DNA of 64,000 bases from an uncultured Actinomycetota bacterium (GTDB lineage Bacteria; Actinomycetota; UBA4738; HRBIN12), in assembly GCA_963702405.1 (NCBI GenBank), contig CAVPCM010000001.1:121320-185319 (forward strand), in the 5' to 3' direction. Position numbers and translations under genes: made by a program. Shown here piece by piece: positions 11,655 through 22,092 of this stretch. The stretch's first letter is position 1, and each line of letters opens with the position of its first letter. The notes under the pieces were generated by a model that did no database searches, was not told where the DNA came from, and saw only the letters and a program-made list of their open reading frames with translations.

Positions 11655-11843
11655 TCACTGGATGGCCCAGAACTTCCACCAGGGCTTCTTCTTCGGGACT
11701 TCGCCCCGCTCAGCTGCCTCCTCGGCGTGGATGCGCTCCGCCTCGTGCGCGAGATGGTCCTGGCGCACGCCCTTGTCGATCTGCTCCTTCTCGGCTCCCC
11801 AGCGCTGGGCCCCGATATCGCGTCCCGGTCCCTGTTGCGACAT
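11655..11843 (-). CDS. Small hypothetical protein (62 aa) ending KKKPWWKFWAIQ
   Basis: Strong RBS (GGAAGGAG) before the ATG at 11843; a palindrome box lies upstream. Confidence 0.55.
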   Translation of the reverse strand: MSQQGPGRDIGAQRWGAEKEQIDKGVRQDHLAHEAERIHAEEAAERGEVPKKKPWWKFWAIQ

Positions 11844-11968
11844 GCTCGGCTCCTTCCCGCGTCCGTTCGGCCACACTACTCCTCTTCCTGCACCCCATCG
11901 TGGGCGTGATCTGATGTCGGGTCGACCGCGGTCCATGATGAGAACCGTAGGAGGATGCCCGAGGGGCA

Positions 11969-11984
11969 TCATCCTGTCGGGTGA
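11969..11984 (-). promoter_or_regulatory. Palindrome box variant TCATCC-TGTC-GGGTGA (N4)
   Basis: Both half-sites are perfect but the spacer is 1 nt short, possibly a G-run error; upstream of the 11843 start. Confidence 0.6.
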
Positions 11985-11990
11985 AATCCG

Positions 11991-12623
11991 TTACATCCGA
12001 GGAAGGTCGAGCACGGTGACGAGCGTGAGGACGAGAAGCCCGATCGCGAGGGCGTTCGCGCCGATCCGAACTCCCCGGATCGTGAATCGCTGGGCAACCG
12101 CGATCAGGAACAGCACGGTCGCGAACAGCACGGTGTCACGCACGTACTTGTTCGCGATCTCGCGGGCCTCCGTGCCACTATCGAAGTAGGAGGACGCCCT
12201 CGCGTTCAACCGTGCGGCACTCCTGAGGTGCGGGTTGTGGAACCCGGGCATGTACGAGGGCCCGGGCGGAGCCTCGGGGTTCGTGAACGGGTCAGTCTCC
12301 AGCCAGGCCTCGAACGCCGAGTGATAGTCGGGCGAGAATCGCCGCTCGAGCTGCTCCTGCAGGCCGCGGTCGCCGCCATCGCGCGCCTGCAGCCACGCCG
12401 TGAACATGGACGAGTCGGCGACGAGCTGCTGTCCACCCAAGGTGCTCACCGCGTCGGCGTGGAACCGCTCGGTCGAGGCACGTCCGTAGAGGAACGCCTG
12501 GTGCCCTCCCCACGTCGTCCCCTGGAAGCCGCTCCACGCAGTCGCGATCGTCACGAGCGCCAGGACGATGACCTCGACGATCTCGGTCCGCTTCTTCCAG
12601 CGTTCGGACTCATCGTTCGGCAT
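11991..12623 (-). CDS. Hypothetical membrane protein (DUF4337-like), paralog of 33169-33815
   Basis: 'TIATAWSGFQ..W.G', 'AFEAWLETDPF..P.APPGP', 'YVRDTVLFATVLF'; 3 TM segments. Confidence 0.75.
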   Translation of the reverse strand: MPNDESERWKKRTEIVEVIVLALVTIATAWSGFQGTTWGGHQAFLYGRASTERFHADAVSTLGGQQLVADSSMFTAWLQARDGGDRGLQEQLERRFSPDYHSAFEAWLETDPFTNPEAPPGPSYMPGFHNPHLRSAARLNARASSYFDSGTEAREIANKYVRDTVLFATVLFLIAVAQRFTIRGVRIGANALAIGLLVLTLVTVLDLPRM

Positions 12624-12626
12624 CGA

Positions 12627-13304
12627 TCACAGGATGTTGATCGCGCGCGCGACCACGAGGATCGCGACCACCAATGAGACCGTCGACTGGAGCATCATCG
12701 TCATCTTCGCCCACATACGGACGGGCAGCGTGTCCGTCGGGCTGAACGCGGTCGCGTTCGTATAGGCGAGGTAGAGGTAGTCGGGGTACGTCGGTACCCA
12801 CCCCTCGGGGACGAGCTCGGGCGTGGCGTTCTCGGGGAACGCGAAACTCGGCGGCACGTCCGCGCCGACCGCCCGCTCGCCCGGTCCGCCACGGTCGAGC
12901 TCCCAGTACCACAGACTGAAGACGATCACGTTGTTGAACCACACGGCAGCCCCTCGGCCCAACAGATCGGTCGCATTGATGCCGGGCAGACCCTCGACGA
13001 TGTCGTAGATCAGGACCCCGACCTGGGCGAGCGTGGCCGCCGACATCACTGCGGTCAGGCCGATCGTGAGCCGGCGTGTGAAGCGGGCTCTGCTGTCGAT
13101 CCGCCCGGGGTCGACCACCACCAGTAGCACCAGGAGGACGAGCTCCAGGATCGGGAATACCCACCAGCCGGGGACCCGCCCACGATGCGGGGTGCCGACC
13201 TGCAGGATCACCGCGGCGAGGACCGCCGCCGCCATCGGCCAACGCCGCTCTCCGCGAACCGCGCCCGGGCCCGGGCCCGGGCCCGATGACGAGGGTACAT
13301 CCAT
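12627..13304 (-). CDS. DUF1345-like membrane protein
   Basis: 'FSLWYWELDRGGP', 'FAFPE', 'DYLYLAYTNATAFSPTDT', 'VARAINIL'. Confidence 0.8.
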   Translation of the reverse strand: MDVPSSSGPGPGPGAVRGERRWPMAAAVLAAVILQVGTPHRGRVPGWWVFPILELVLLVLLVVVDPGRIDSRARFTRRLTIGLTAVMSAATLAQVGVLIYDIVEGLPGINATDLLGRGAAVWFNNVIVFSLWYWELDRGGPGERAVGADVPPSFAFPENATPELVPEGWVPTYPDYLYLAYTNATAFSPTDTLPVRMWAKMTMMLQSTVSLVVAILVVARAINIL

Positions 13305-13309
13305 GGAGA

Positions 13310-15638
13310 TCACAGGTTCCCGTGGCGTTTGAGGGATCGCATCGAGACCACGCCCCACAGCGGCGGAAGGTAGAACGTGATGATCCGGTAGGCGAGTGTC
13401 GCGGCGACGGCTGGGGACTGCGGGATCCCGACACCGATCAAGAGTGTCGTCATGGCCGCCTCCGTCACGCCGATCCCGCCCGGCACGGGCATGATCCCGG
13501 AGAACAAGCTCGTCATCGTGTTGACCAGCAGCAACTCCGCCAGCGTCGCGTGCTCGCCGAAGGCACGCAGGCAGAGCCCGAGCACCACCGCGAGCATCAG
13601 CTGCGCCGTGAAGTTGCCGCCGAACAGCTGGAGGAGCTTCACAGGTTCGCGGAGCACCCGGGCGCTCTCCTTGGCCTCGGTCAGATGCGGGGCGATCATC
13701 CGCCGGACCCGAGGGATGAGGACCGCCGCCACGACCAGGATCACCAGGACGATCGCGCCGATCGCGAGGAACTTGCCGCTGAACGTGACATCGGAGCCGC
13801 TCAGGGAGAGGTCCAGCGTGACGAGATTCGCCAGCGCGATGACCCCGAGGATCGCCGCCTGGATCAGGAACCCGGAGACGCTGTCGATCGCTCCGATCGC
13901 GACCGCGGCGGCCGTCGGCGCGCCGGCGCGTTGGAAGAAGCGAACGCTGACGGCGATCCTCGCGGCCGAGGACGGGACCGCCAGGGCGATGAACTGGATC
14001 GCGAACTGCAGCTGCAGCACCGGTCCGTAGCGCACGGCCATGAGTGCGGCGCCGATCGTCGAGAACGCCCCGAAGATCTGGACCAGCGGTGCGACCACGA
14101 GCGCGAGGAGGAGCCACGTCCAGTCCGCGGTGCTCAGCTCGTCCACGATCGTGTCCACACCGACCCCGGCGATGGTCGAGATGACGACCCAGGCGGCGAT
14201 CCCGATCAAGGCGATCTGGAGCAGCGAGCCCCACGTCACGCGGCGGAGCGGGACGAGATCGGGCACCTCGGTCGCGGCGGCGGATGCGGCCGCCTCCCGG
14301 AGCGAGTCGAGATCGAGCTCCGCGGCTTCGAGCGCGGACCTGGACGAAGGCTCAGCGCAGCCTCCTGCAGGTAGGGAAGGAGTCCGGTGAGTGCGGGTCA
14401 TCGAGCGCGCGCGCGGCCACGGCGATCGCTCGGTCCGCTCCCAGCGCAAGGGCGCTCGTCACCAGCAGCTGCGCGCGGTCCGCCTGGACATCCGCGTCCG
14501 ACGCGAGGCCGGTCGCCCGCCCGAAATCGCCGATCACCAGCGTGCGATCGGGCTGGAGGAACAGTCGTTCGGCGTCGAGCGCCCCGTGGGCGATGCCCGC
14601 CCGGTGCATCCGACCGACTCCCCGCCACAGATCGTCCAGCATCGCGTCGGTGGCGTCCCCCGCAGCCGACAGCTGCACCCCCGTGGTCTCCACCACGAGC
14701 AAAGCGTCGTTCGCGACAGGTCCCGCGGCCACGACGGGAAGGACGGGGACATCGGCGCGCTCGGCGAGCAGCGTGACGAACGCCTCGTGCTCGACCTGTT
14801 GGAGACGGCTGAGCGTGAGGGTCGGTGCCTCATCGCGGTACCACAGGAACGTCCAGATCGTGGACAGGAGCTGCCCGTCCCACGCGTCTCGTCCATAGAT
14901 CTTCACCAGGAGGGTTCCGCCCACGCTCGTGGTGGCGCGCATCACGGCGACTCCTCGGGTCTGGAGCCGGGCCGGCTCGACATCGACGGTGTCGAATCCC
15001 AAGTCGGCGAGGGCCACTGCGACCTGCTGTGCGGTGGGCCGGCCGCCGGGAGAGCCGAAGATCAGGTGCACGATGGTGCCGGCGGCCGTCCCGATCGCGA
15101 TCGCGGCGATCGCACCCATCGGGAGCGTTCCGCCGAGCGCGATCGCCGCCAGGAAGGTGCCCCCGACGAGCAGCCTTCCCGTTCTCCTGGCAGGCGCCCC
15201 AGATGGGGGGAGGACGTCACCAGGACGGCCGTGACCAGGGCGACGGCGACGGCCGGGAAGACCGGAGGAGGGTCGAAGGTGGTCAGTCCATCGATCGCCG
15301 TGGGGATGTCTCCGGCGAGCAGGAGGACCCCGAGCGAGGCCAAGAGGAGCGCCAGCACCTGATCCCGGAACAGCGATCGCCTGCCGCTCCCGAACAGCGC
15401 CGCCAAGAGCAACGCCGCGGCCCACGCGATCGCCAGGACGTGGACGATCTCCCAGAACCAGCCGAAGAGGCCCGGGAGCGACTGGATGAAGGTGGCGGTC
15501 GTCGACGTGTCGTCGGGTCGGGCGCCAGCGCGGCGTCGTCGCGATCGTGGCGATCGAAATGATGCACAGGACCACGTCGGTGGGGCGCCGAGCGCGTGGG
15601 GCATCCGCCGCCGACGAGAAGAACCGGATCGGCGTCAT
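13310..15638 (-). CDS. Membrane protein with a kinase-like domain fused to a lysylphosphatidylglycerol-synthase TM (flippase-like) domain (several frameshifts)
   Basis: N-terminal TMs; 'LVKIYGRDAWDGQ', 'EHEAF', 'HGAL', 'GDFG'; C-terminal 'PVPGGIGVTEA', 'YRIITFYLPP' (ORFs 15062-15604, 14352-15638, 13310-14449). Confidence 0.75.
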
Positions 15639-15806
15639 CGCCGTGGAGAGGAGTCGCTTGCCGGTCCAGCGAGACCGCCTCCGCGCTCGTCCACGTCGCC
15701 CCGGGTGGTGATCCGCTCAGATGATGCACCGCTTCGAGCATCCCCGACCGCGGGCGCAGGATCGACGAGACAAAATGCGGATCGACATCCGATCCCGGCT
15801 CCGTCG

Positions 15807-16283
15807 CTACCCGTCGTCGTCCGCAGCGAGGGCCACGTTCGTCAGCGCCACCCCGGCGACGTACACGACGTGGGTTCCCAGGCTCGTTGCGAGGACGTCC
15901 GGTTTCCATCGCCATGGTGGCGGTGTCCGCCCGAGCAGAGGGAACAGGGAGAACGTGGCGGTCATCAGCATGCCGCCGAAGATCGCGCTTGCCCGCGGCT
16001 CACCGAGCCGGCGGAGGAGGAACCCGTGCATCATGCCGAACGCCGACCCGTAGCCCCACCTGAGCGCCGTGCCCAACTCCTGCTCGCCCCGGTCCGTGAC
16101 GGACGGCAAGTGGAGCACAGAGGCGACGATTTGCCCCGGGACGAGGCTGTCGTCATAGTCGAGCTCGCCCTCCACATCCGGGCGGGCAACATGTTCCACC
16201 TTGTACGCGAGCGTCATCGCCGACGTCCCGACTGCGCCGGCGATCACACCCCGGATCGGCCACGGAAGCCCTCGGTCGATCAT
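15807..16283 (-). CDS. Hypothetical membrane protein
   Basis: 158-aa ORF with RBS GAGGAG; hydrophobic segments, 'GAVGTSAMT', 'WGYG', 'HVVY'. Confidence 0.7.
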   Translation of the reverse strand: MIDRGLPWPIRGVIAGAVGTSAMTLAYKVEHVARPDVEGELDYDDSLVPGQIVASVLHLPSVTDRGEQELGTALRWGYGSAFGMMHGFLLRRLGEPRASAIFGGMLMTATFSLFPLLGRTPPPWRWKPDVLATSLGTHVVYVAGVALTNVALAADDDG

Positions 16284-16461
16284 CTCCTCATTCCCATGTT
16301 CGTCCCCCTCTCGTCGTGCGCCTGCTGCTCCATCGGGATCCCTGGTCGAGACGCTCAGTCACTCCCGCCCGAACCGACCCCTTGATCGCGTTCCGTCACA
16401 CCCAGACCTCGCCATCATGAGCCGGTACGCTCGATTGGAGCCCCCCGCACGCCCGCCAGCA

Positions 16462-16552
16462 TCATCCGTTCCGCATGAAACGGCGATCACCCACCATGGA
16501 GGAGCGCCGTTCTCATCCCATCGGGGTGATGTGACCGTGCCATCGTGGGTGA
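16462..16552. promoter_or_regulatory. Array of four palindrome boxes in a divergent promoter
   Basis: 16462 TCATCC-GTTCC-GCATGA; 16487 TCACCC-ACCAT-GGAGGA; 16513 TCATCC-CATCG-GGGTGA (perfect); 16536 CGTGCC-ATCGT-GGGTGA (half-site). Confidence 0.8.
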
Positions 16553-16608
16553 AGCATGATTCTCTGACTGAGCAGGGTCGAGTTCTCTGCATCTCTCGAC
16601 GGAAGGGG

Positions 16609-18027
16609 CTGAGCACGAGCACACCTCGAGACCCAGATGCGGCAGACACGCCGTCCGAGCCGACCGCCGGGCGTGCTGAGGACGCCTCCCAGCTGTCCGA
16701 GGAGAATGCGCGGCTGCAGGCCGAGCTCGAATCCCTTCGCGAATCAGGCGCGGTGAAGAAGCACACCGGTCGGCGGCGTGTGCGTCAGGTCCTGGCGGGC
16801 ATCCTCGTCGTGCTCACGAGCCTCTGCATCGTGGCTGCGACGATCGGGATCTGGACCCAGCGCACCCTTTCGGATACCGACCGGTTCGTCGCGCTCGTTG
16901 CGCCCCTTGCCGACGACCCGGCCGTGACCAACCCACTCGCCGCGAGGCTCTCGGAAGAGGTGTTCGTCGCCCTGGACGTCGAGACCCGGATCCAGGAGGC
17001 GCTCTCATCCATCCCGGACCTCCCACCGCAGGCGAGCTTCCTCGTCGGCCCCCTCACGGCCGGCGCGCAGAGCCTCGTCCAGCAGAGGGTCGAGGGTTTC
17101 CTGGCTTCGCCGGCGTTCGCCGAACTCTGGGTGAACCTCAATCGTCAGGTCCACGGGAAGGTGCAAGCCCTCCTGAACGAGGACTACGAGGAACTGCCGA
17201 ACGTCGCCGTCACCGGAGGCGAGGTTCAGCTCAATCTCGTCTCAGTGGTCGCCGTGATCATCCAGCGGTTGGCGCAGGGGGGTGTCGATCTCCTCGGCAT
17301 CAACGTGACCGTGCCGGACATCCCGACATCGCTCGGATCGTCCGCGGCGATCGATCGATTGAGCTCTGCCCTCGGTGTGACGCTGCCGGCGGACTTCGGT
17401 CAGGTCACGATCATGAGCGCCGAGGAGCTGTCCGGCTACCAGGACGCCGTTCGAACGATGAAGCGACTCGTCGTGGCAACGTTCCTGCTGAGCCTGATCC
17501 TCGTGGCTCTCACGATCGTGGTGGCGCCCAACCACCGCCGGGCGGTGATCTGGCTGGGAGTCGGCGTGGTGGCGATGCTGTTCCTCGCCGGCGTGTTCCT
17601 CCGTCGCGTCGAGGCCAGCATCGTCGACGCGATCGAAGGCCCCGGGGCGAAAGCGGCAGCACAGGATGTGTTCGACCAGGTGAGCTCGAGCCTCCGCCAG
17701 GCTGGTGTGGTGGTCCTCATGATCGGGATCGTCGCCGCGCTCCTCGCGTACCTGCTGGGACGGCCGGAGTGGTTCCAACGAACCGCCGGCTGGTTGGAAC
17801 GGGTCACAACATCGCGGCCGGGTGGGAGTGAGCTCGATGTCTGGGTGGCCGAACCACGCGGATCCCGTGCGGCTCGGCGGCGGCGTCATCGCGGCGTGGT
17901 GCTGTTCCTGACGGGGATCGACTGGATCCCGGTCGCGATCGTCGGAGTCCTGTTCGGCCTGTTCCTTTGGGGAGTGGCGACAGCGGAGCATCGAGTGCGG
18001 CCGCCGGAGCTCGCGCCGCAGGAGTAG
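16609..18027 (+). CDS. Integral membrane protein, uncharacterised actinobacterial family (start uncertain; probable 3' frameshift)
   Basis: Coiled coil, then a TM segment, 'DTDRFVALVAPLADDPAV', 'FAELWVNLNR..H', and several C-terminal TMs; GGAAGGGG RBS near 16600. Confidence 0.7.
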   Translation: MSTSTPRDPDAADTPSEPTAGRAEDASQLSEENARLQAELESLRESGAVKKHTGRRRVRQVLAGILVVLTSLCIVAATIGIWTQRTLSDTDRFVALVAPLADDPAVTNPLAARLSEEVFVALDVETRIQEALSSIPDLPPQASFLVGPLTAGAQSLVQQRVEGFLASPAFAELWVNLNRQVHGKVQALLNEDYEELPNVAVTGGEVQLNLVSVVAVIIQRLAQGGVDLLGINVTVPDIPTSLGSSAAIDRLSSALGVTLPADFGQVTIMSAEELSGYQDAVRTMKRLVVATFLLSLILVALTIVVAPNHRRAVIWLGVGVVAMLFLAGVFLRRVEASIVDAIEGPGAKAAAQDVFDQVSSSLRQAGVVVLMIGIVAALLAYLLGRPEWFQRTAGWLERVTTSRPGGSELDVWVAEPRGSRAARRRRHRGVVLFLTGIDWIPVAIVGVLFGLFLWGVATAEHRVRPPELAPQE

Positions 18028-18183
18028 GTTTCGACATCGGACCCTGTTCATTCGAGCCTGAGGGGTGGAATCTTGACCGGCCGACCCGAGGGCTGATCGA
18101 GGTCCCCTCCACCGCACTCACGAACGTCCGCTCCTCGATGGATTTCCACCTGCCGCGACGGGTCCCACCGGCACCTAGGCCGA

Positions 18184-18914
18184 TCATCCGTCGTTGGGCG
18201 AGTCACGCGTGTCCTCACGTCGCTGCGGCTGCCAGGCGTTGACCGCTTTCGCCACAGCTGTCACGAGGAACAGCTGCCCGATAAGCATCTCGAGGACGGC
18301 GAAGGATTGTCCTGGGTTCCCCGCGGGGATGAGGTTGCCGTAGCCGGTCGTGGTGAGCGTCGTGAACGAGAAGAACAGGTCCTGCGGGAACGTCCCGTCG
18401 CCCGAAGCACCGAAGAACGGACCCGCCTGGATCGCTCCCAGAGCCCGGTACGCGAACGCGAAGAACATCCCCATCATGAGATAGGCGGCGATCGCGCCGA
18501 GCACGGTCTCCCTGTCGACCGTTCGCCGCAGCACCAGGTGACGGACGATGCTGAACGGAGCGCCCAGATAGAGGAGGGCGCCCACGAGCGCCATAAACCC
18601 GTTGTCGTCCACCTGGTCGGGGATGAAGAGATTCACGATCGCGACGATCGCCGAGAGCACGGCGAACACGGTCACGAAGACCCGGAGGCGGCGGCGAGCC
18701 TCGGACGCTCGAAGGACCACCCAGACGGTCGCGATCTGCACAGCTACGACGATGGAAACAGCCCGGCCCTCCGTGAGCGTCACCGAGAGCACGTACGTGA
18801 GCAGGATGAGCAGCAACACGAGCCCATAGCTGTTGATAGAGTAGAAGGCCTCGAGCAGTCGCCGCGGCCGGTGTAGCCGAGGCCGCTCCTGTCGGGCGGG
18901 GGGATGTCCGGCAT
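18184..18914 (-). CDS. Potassium channel family protein (Ion_trans_2); frameshift in 5' part
   Basis: Pore sequence 'FFSFTTLTTTGYGNLIP' followed by 'LEMLIGQLFL'. Confidence 0.85.
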
Positions 18915-19070
18915 CAGGCCATCAACGGGATGGAGAAACCGAGGACCCTGCCCACGACGGCAAGCTGCCCCCGCGTTCGAACGCGGACGGCATCAGCGAG
19001 CTGGTCAGCATCGCGACAAGGCCGCCTCCCGAGAGCGCCGCCATGCGATCACCGGCAACTCGGAGAACGT
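18915..19070 (-). pseudogene. 3' remnant of a ZIP-family metal transporter
   Basis: 'AALSGGGLVAMLTSSLMPSAFERGG' resembles the C-terminus of the ZIP at 35006 ('FAAGAILTMLANTMMPEAYEHGG'); no 5' portion is present. Confidence 0.55.
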
Positions 19071-19260
19071 GTCGACGAGTACGTATCCGACGCCCGATGC
19101 ATCGCGGAAGAGAGACGAGCGCCACACGCCCGCCACGACCCATCTTCCATCCGTTCTTCACGAGATCGGCCGGGGGCGCGATGGCCTGAGGGGAGTTGGT
19201 TCAGCATCGAAGCGGGCTCTGTGGCGACGCCGTCCATCGCGCCCCGCGCTCTCCCACGGC

Positions 19261-19599
19261 CTAGAGCCTTTCGAGCGCGGACTCGATGTCGTAGCCGAGG
19301 GCGACGGCGAGTGCAGGTGCCGCGGCGACGACCCGGGCGAAGCCGACGACGGGCGCAACCGCGCACAGCATGCCGACGATCTCGTCGACCGTCGCACCGG
19401 CCGCGAGAGCGGCGTCAACACTCGACCCGTAGGACGCGGGAGCGGCGTCGATGGCGATGAGCACACCGAGCCGAACGAGCGCGTGCGTCCGCGGATCGAG
19501 CGCGCATCCCGACCCTGGTTCCAACTCTCCCATCAAGGCGGACCGGACGGAAGACTCGTCATTGAGGGCCAGCGAAAGCAGGGTGCGCTCGCTCTCCAT
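19261..19599 (-). CDS. Carboxymuconolactone decarboxylase (CMD/AhpD-like) family protein
   Basis: 'LDPRTHALVRLGVLIA', 'ALAAGATVDEI', 'VAPVVGFARVVAAAP'; no CxxC motif. Confidence 0.8.
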   Translation of the reverse strand: MESERTLLSLALNDESSVRSALMGELEPGSGCALDPRTHALVRLGVLIAIDAAPASYGSSVDAALAAGATVDEIVGMLCAVAPVVGFARVVAAAPALAVALGYDIESALERL

Positions 19600-19679
19600 G
19601 GGGGGTCGACTCCTCTCAAAGGGTCCGCCCGGAGGGATCCCCTCCACGTCCATCACACCCGAGAGCGTCCACGACTGCA

Positions 19680-19696
19680 TCATCCTCACGGGATGA
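19680..19696 (-). promoter_or_regulatory. Palindrome box TCATCC-TCACG-GGATGA
   Basis: Perfect match to TCAYCC-N5-GGRTGA, between the regulator stop and the CMD start. Confidence 0.85.
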
Positions 19697-19729
19697 AACC
19701 TGCCCGGGTCGAGCGGAGCCGCGGATCGG

Positions 19730-22092
19730 CTAGGCGTCCAAGAGGCCCAGGGCCGTGGCGCGCTCGATCGCTTGGCCGCGTGATGTCACGCCGAGCTTCC
19801 GGTAGACCGAGATCGCCTGCGTCTTCACGGTGTGCGGCGACAGGTGCATCTGCTCCCCGATCTGGCGGAACGAGAAGTACGTCGGCAGGAACGGGAGGAG
19901 TTTGAGCTCCGCCGTGGTGAGGGTCGAAGCACCTGGGGTCCCTCCGCTGATGGCTCGAAGCTGGGTCCGCAGCTCCTCGGCCTCCTGTACGAGCACCCCC
20001 AGCGCCGGTCGCCTCCGCAGAAGGTCGCCCACCTCTCTGAGGAGCAACCGGGCGGCTGCAGGGTCCGCGAGTGTGAGGTGGGCTCGGGCGAGCTCCAGGC
20101 TGGCCTGCACAGCCAGGTGGGGGGCGGCGCGCGAGGTGAGTGGCCGCAAACGATGGGCCCGAGCGAGATCACGCTTCGCCTTGGTGACGTCGCCTTCGTG
20201 CAGGGCGACCCGGGCAGCAGTCGCGTAGGTGAGGATGCTCGTCATGTAATCCTGCAAGCCGCCGTTCTCGACGACCTTCCGCGCTTCCTGGGCGTAGGTC
20301 CCGGCGTCTCCCCAGTCGCCTCGCTCCATCGCGAGCACCGAGCGTTCGGCCAAGGCGGCCGAGACGGTTGGGGCCGCCCCGTATCGATGCCGAGCTCTGC
20401 CGCGTCCTCCATCGAAGCATCGGCTACTCCTGCATCGCCGGCGAGCCTGAATGAGATTCCGAGCAGGAACATAGCCGTCGCTCGTAGCTGGCTCCCGTTG
20501 GACAGACCTTCCAGGGCGATCATCGCGTCCTTGGCCATCTTGTCGACCCCATCGCGACACAGCAGCGAACGGAGCAACGCGAGCCAGGAAGCGATCGAGG
20601 AACTCCCATCAGGCAAGGTCTCGTCAAACGACGCTCGCTCGGCTGCGTCCGCCCAGCGCTCCGCATCGGCCGGATGACCCGTCAGCGCCCGGACCAGGCC
20701 CACTGGACCGCGGCCGGCGGGTATGGAACTGGAGGTCCGTGAGCATCGAGCCAATCGAACCAACGTTCGACCGTGACGGCGCGACCTGCCCCCCACATCG
20801 GCGAGGCGATGTGGGTGAGTCGCCTGGCAACTCGCTCGGGATCGCCGGCGGCGATCGCGTAGTCGATCGCCTCCTCGAGGAGGTCGTTCTCTTGGCACCA
20901 GTCCGAGGCTCGTCGTTGCACTTCGAGCACGAGCTCGGGGTCACGATTCTGCAACCGGTTCAGGAGCGCTTCTCGGAACAATCCGTGATATCGGAACCAC
21001 TCCCGACGCCGATCCAGGGGTGACAGAAGCAGATTCGCCGACTCGAACGATCGAAGGACCTCGGCCGATCCCTCACGTTCGAGGACCACATCGCAGAGCG
21101 GCCCCGACATCCGATCCAGAACCGCAGTCATCTCGAGGAAGTGCACATCCTCCGGCGACCGCTGTGAGAGGAATTCCGACCAGAAGTACTCCATCATGAA
21201 GCGGTCGTCGCCGGAGAACCTCGCCGCCACGAGACGGTCGTCCGGGCCTTCCCTCCAAGACAGAGCTGCGAGGTACACACCGACGGGCCAGCCCTCCGTG
21301 GCGAGCGTGAGTGCGGCGACGGCTGGTCGAGCGACGGTCAGCCCCATGCCCTTCAGGAGGAGGCCCGTCTCTCGGTCGTTCATCGTGAGGTCCTTCGGGC
21401 CTACTTCGAGGACAGCGCCAGCGGAGCGCATGCGAGCGAAGGAGCGCCCCGACCAGCTTCGTCCCGCGAGCGCCACCTGCATCCTCGGGGGGACGTCGGT
21501 GGACAACATCTCGATCGCCCTGACGCAATGGAGGTTGTGGAGCACGTTCACGTTGTCGAGGACAAGGACCGTCGGTCGGGACATCGAGTTGAGCGCTTCC
21601 GTCAGCCAATGGACCGCCGCGGGGATCACGCCCCGGGGTTCGACGCCAGGGTGTCGAAGACCGTCGGGTCGATCGGTCCGACGCGATCGAGGGCAGCTGC
21701 GATCGAGGTCAGGAGGACCGTCGGGTCGTTGTCGCCCTCATCGAGCGTGACCCAGGCGAAAGGCCGGCGATCCTGGCCGCCCATTGCGCCAAGAGTGTGG
21801 TCTTCCCGTATCCCGTGGGGGCGACGACCGTGAGCAGCGGGACGGCTCGCGAAGCTTGGAGCTGAGCCACTAACTCCGACCTCGCGACCAGACCCTTCCG
21901 GCGTGCGGACGGTGGATGGAGTTTCGTCTCGGCGAGGCCGGAGCGGTTCGGCGTGAGCAGTGGTGACTCGGGGATGATGAAGAGCTTCGCGACATGCCGT
22001 TCCGGAGACGTCGACGAGTCACGGACGCCGACACCTCCCTCGCCCTTCCCCGTATCCCTCAAGGTCCGTTCCTCTGGTTCGATCGTCTCCAC
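19730..22092 (-). CDS. MalT-type (STAND ATPase-TPR-LuxR HTH) transcriptional regulator, several frameshifts
   Basis: 'ETKLHPP', Walker A 'APTGYGKTTLL', 'LVLDNV', 'TEGWPVGVYLAA', 'WFRYHGLF', C-terminal HTH 'LTTAELKLL...SPHTVKTQAISVYRKLGVTSR' across ORFs 21709-22092, 20682-21629, 20242-20898 and 19730-20560. Confidence 0.9.

Noticed and set aside
13263..13285. Tandem CCCGGG repeat
   Set aside because: It encodes a GPGPGPG linker at the DUF1345 N-terminus; no further structure.
15709..15724. Box-like TGATCC-GCTC-AGATGA
   Set aside because: Two mismatches, short spacer, flank orientation pointing away from the adjacent gene start, and no -10 at +28.
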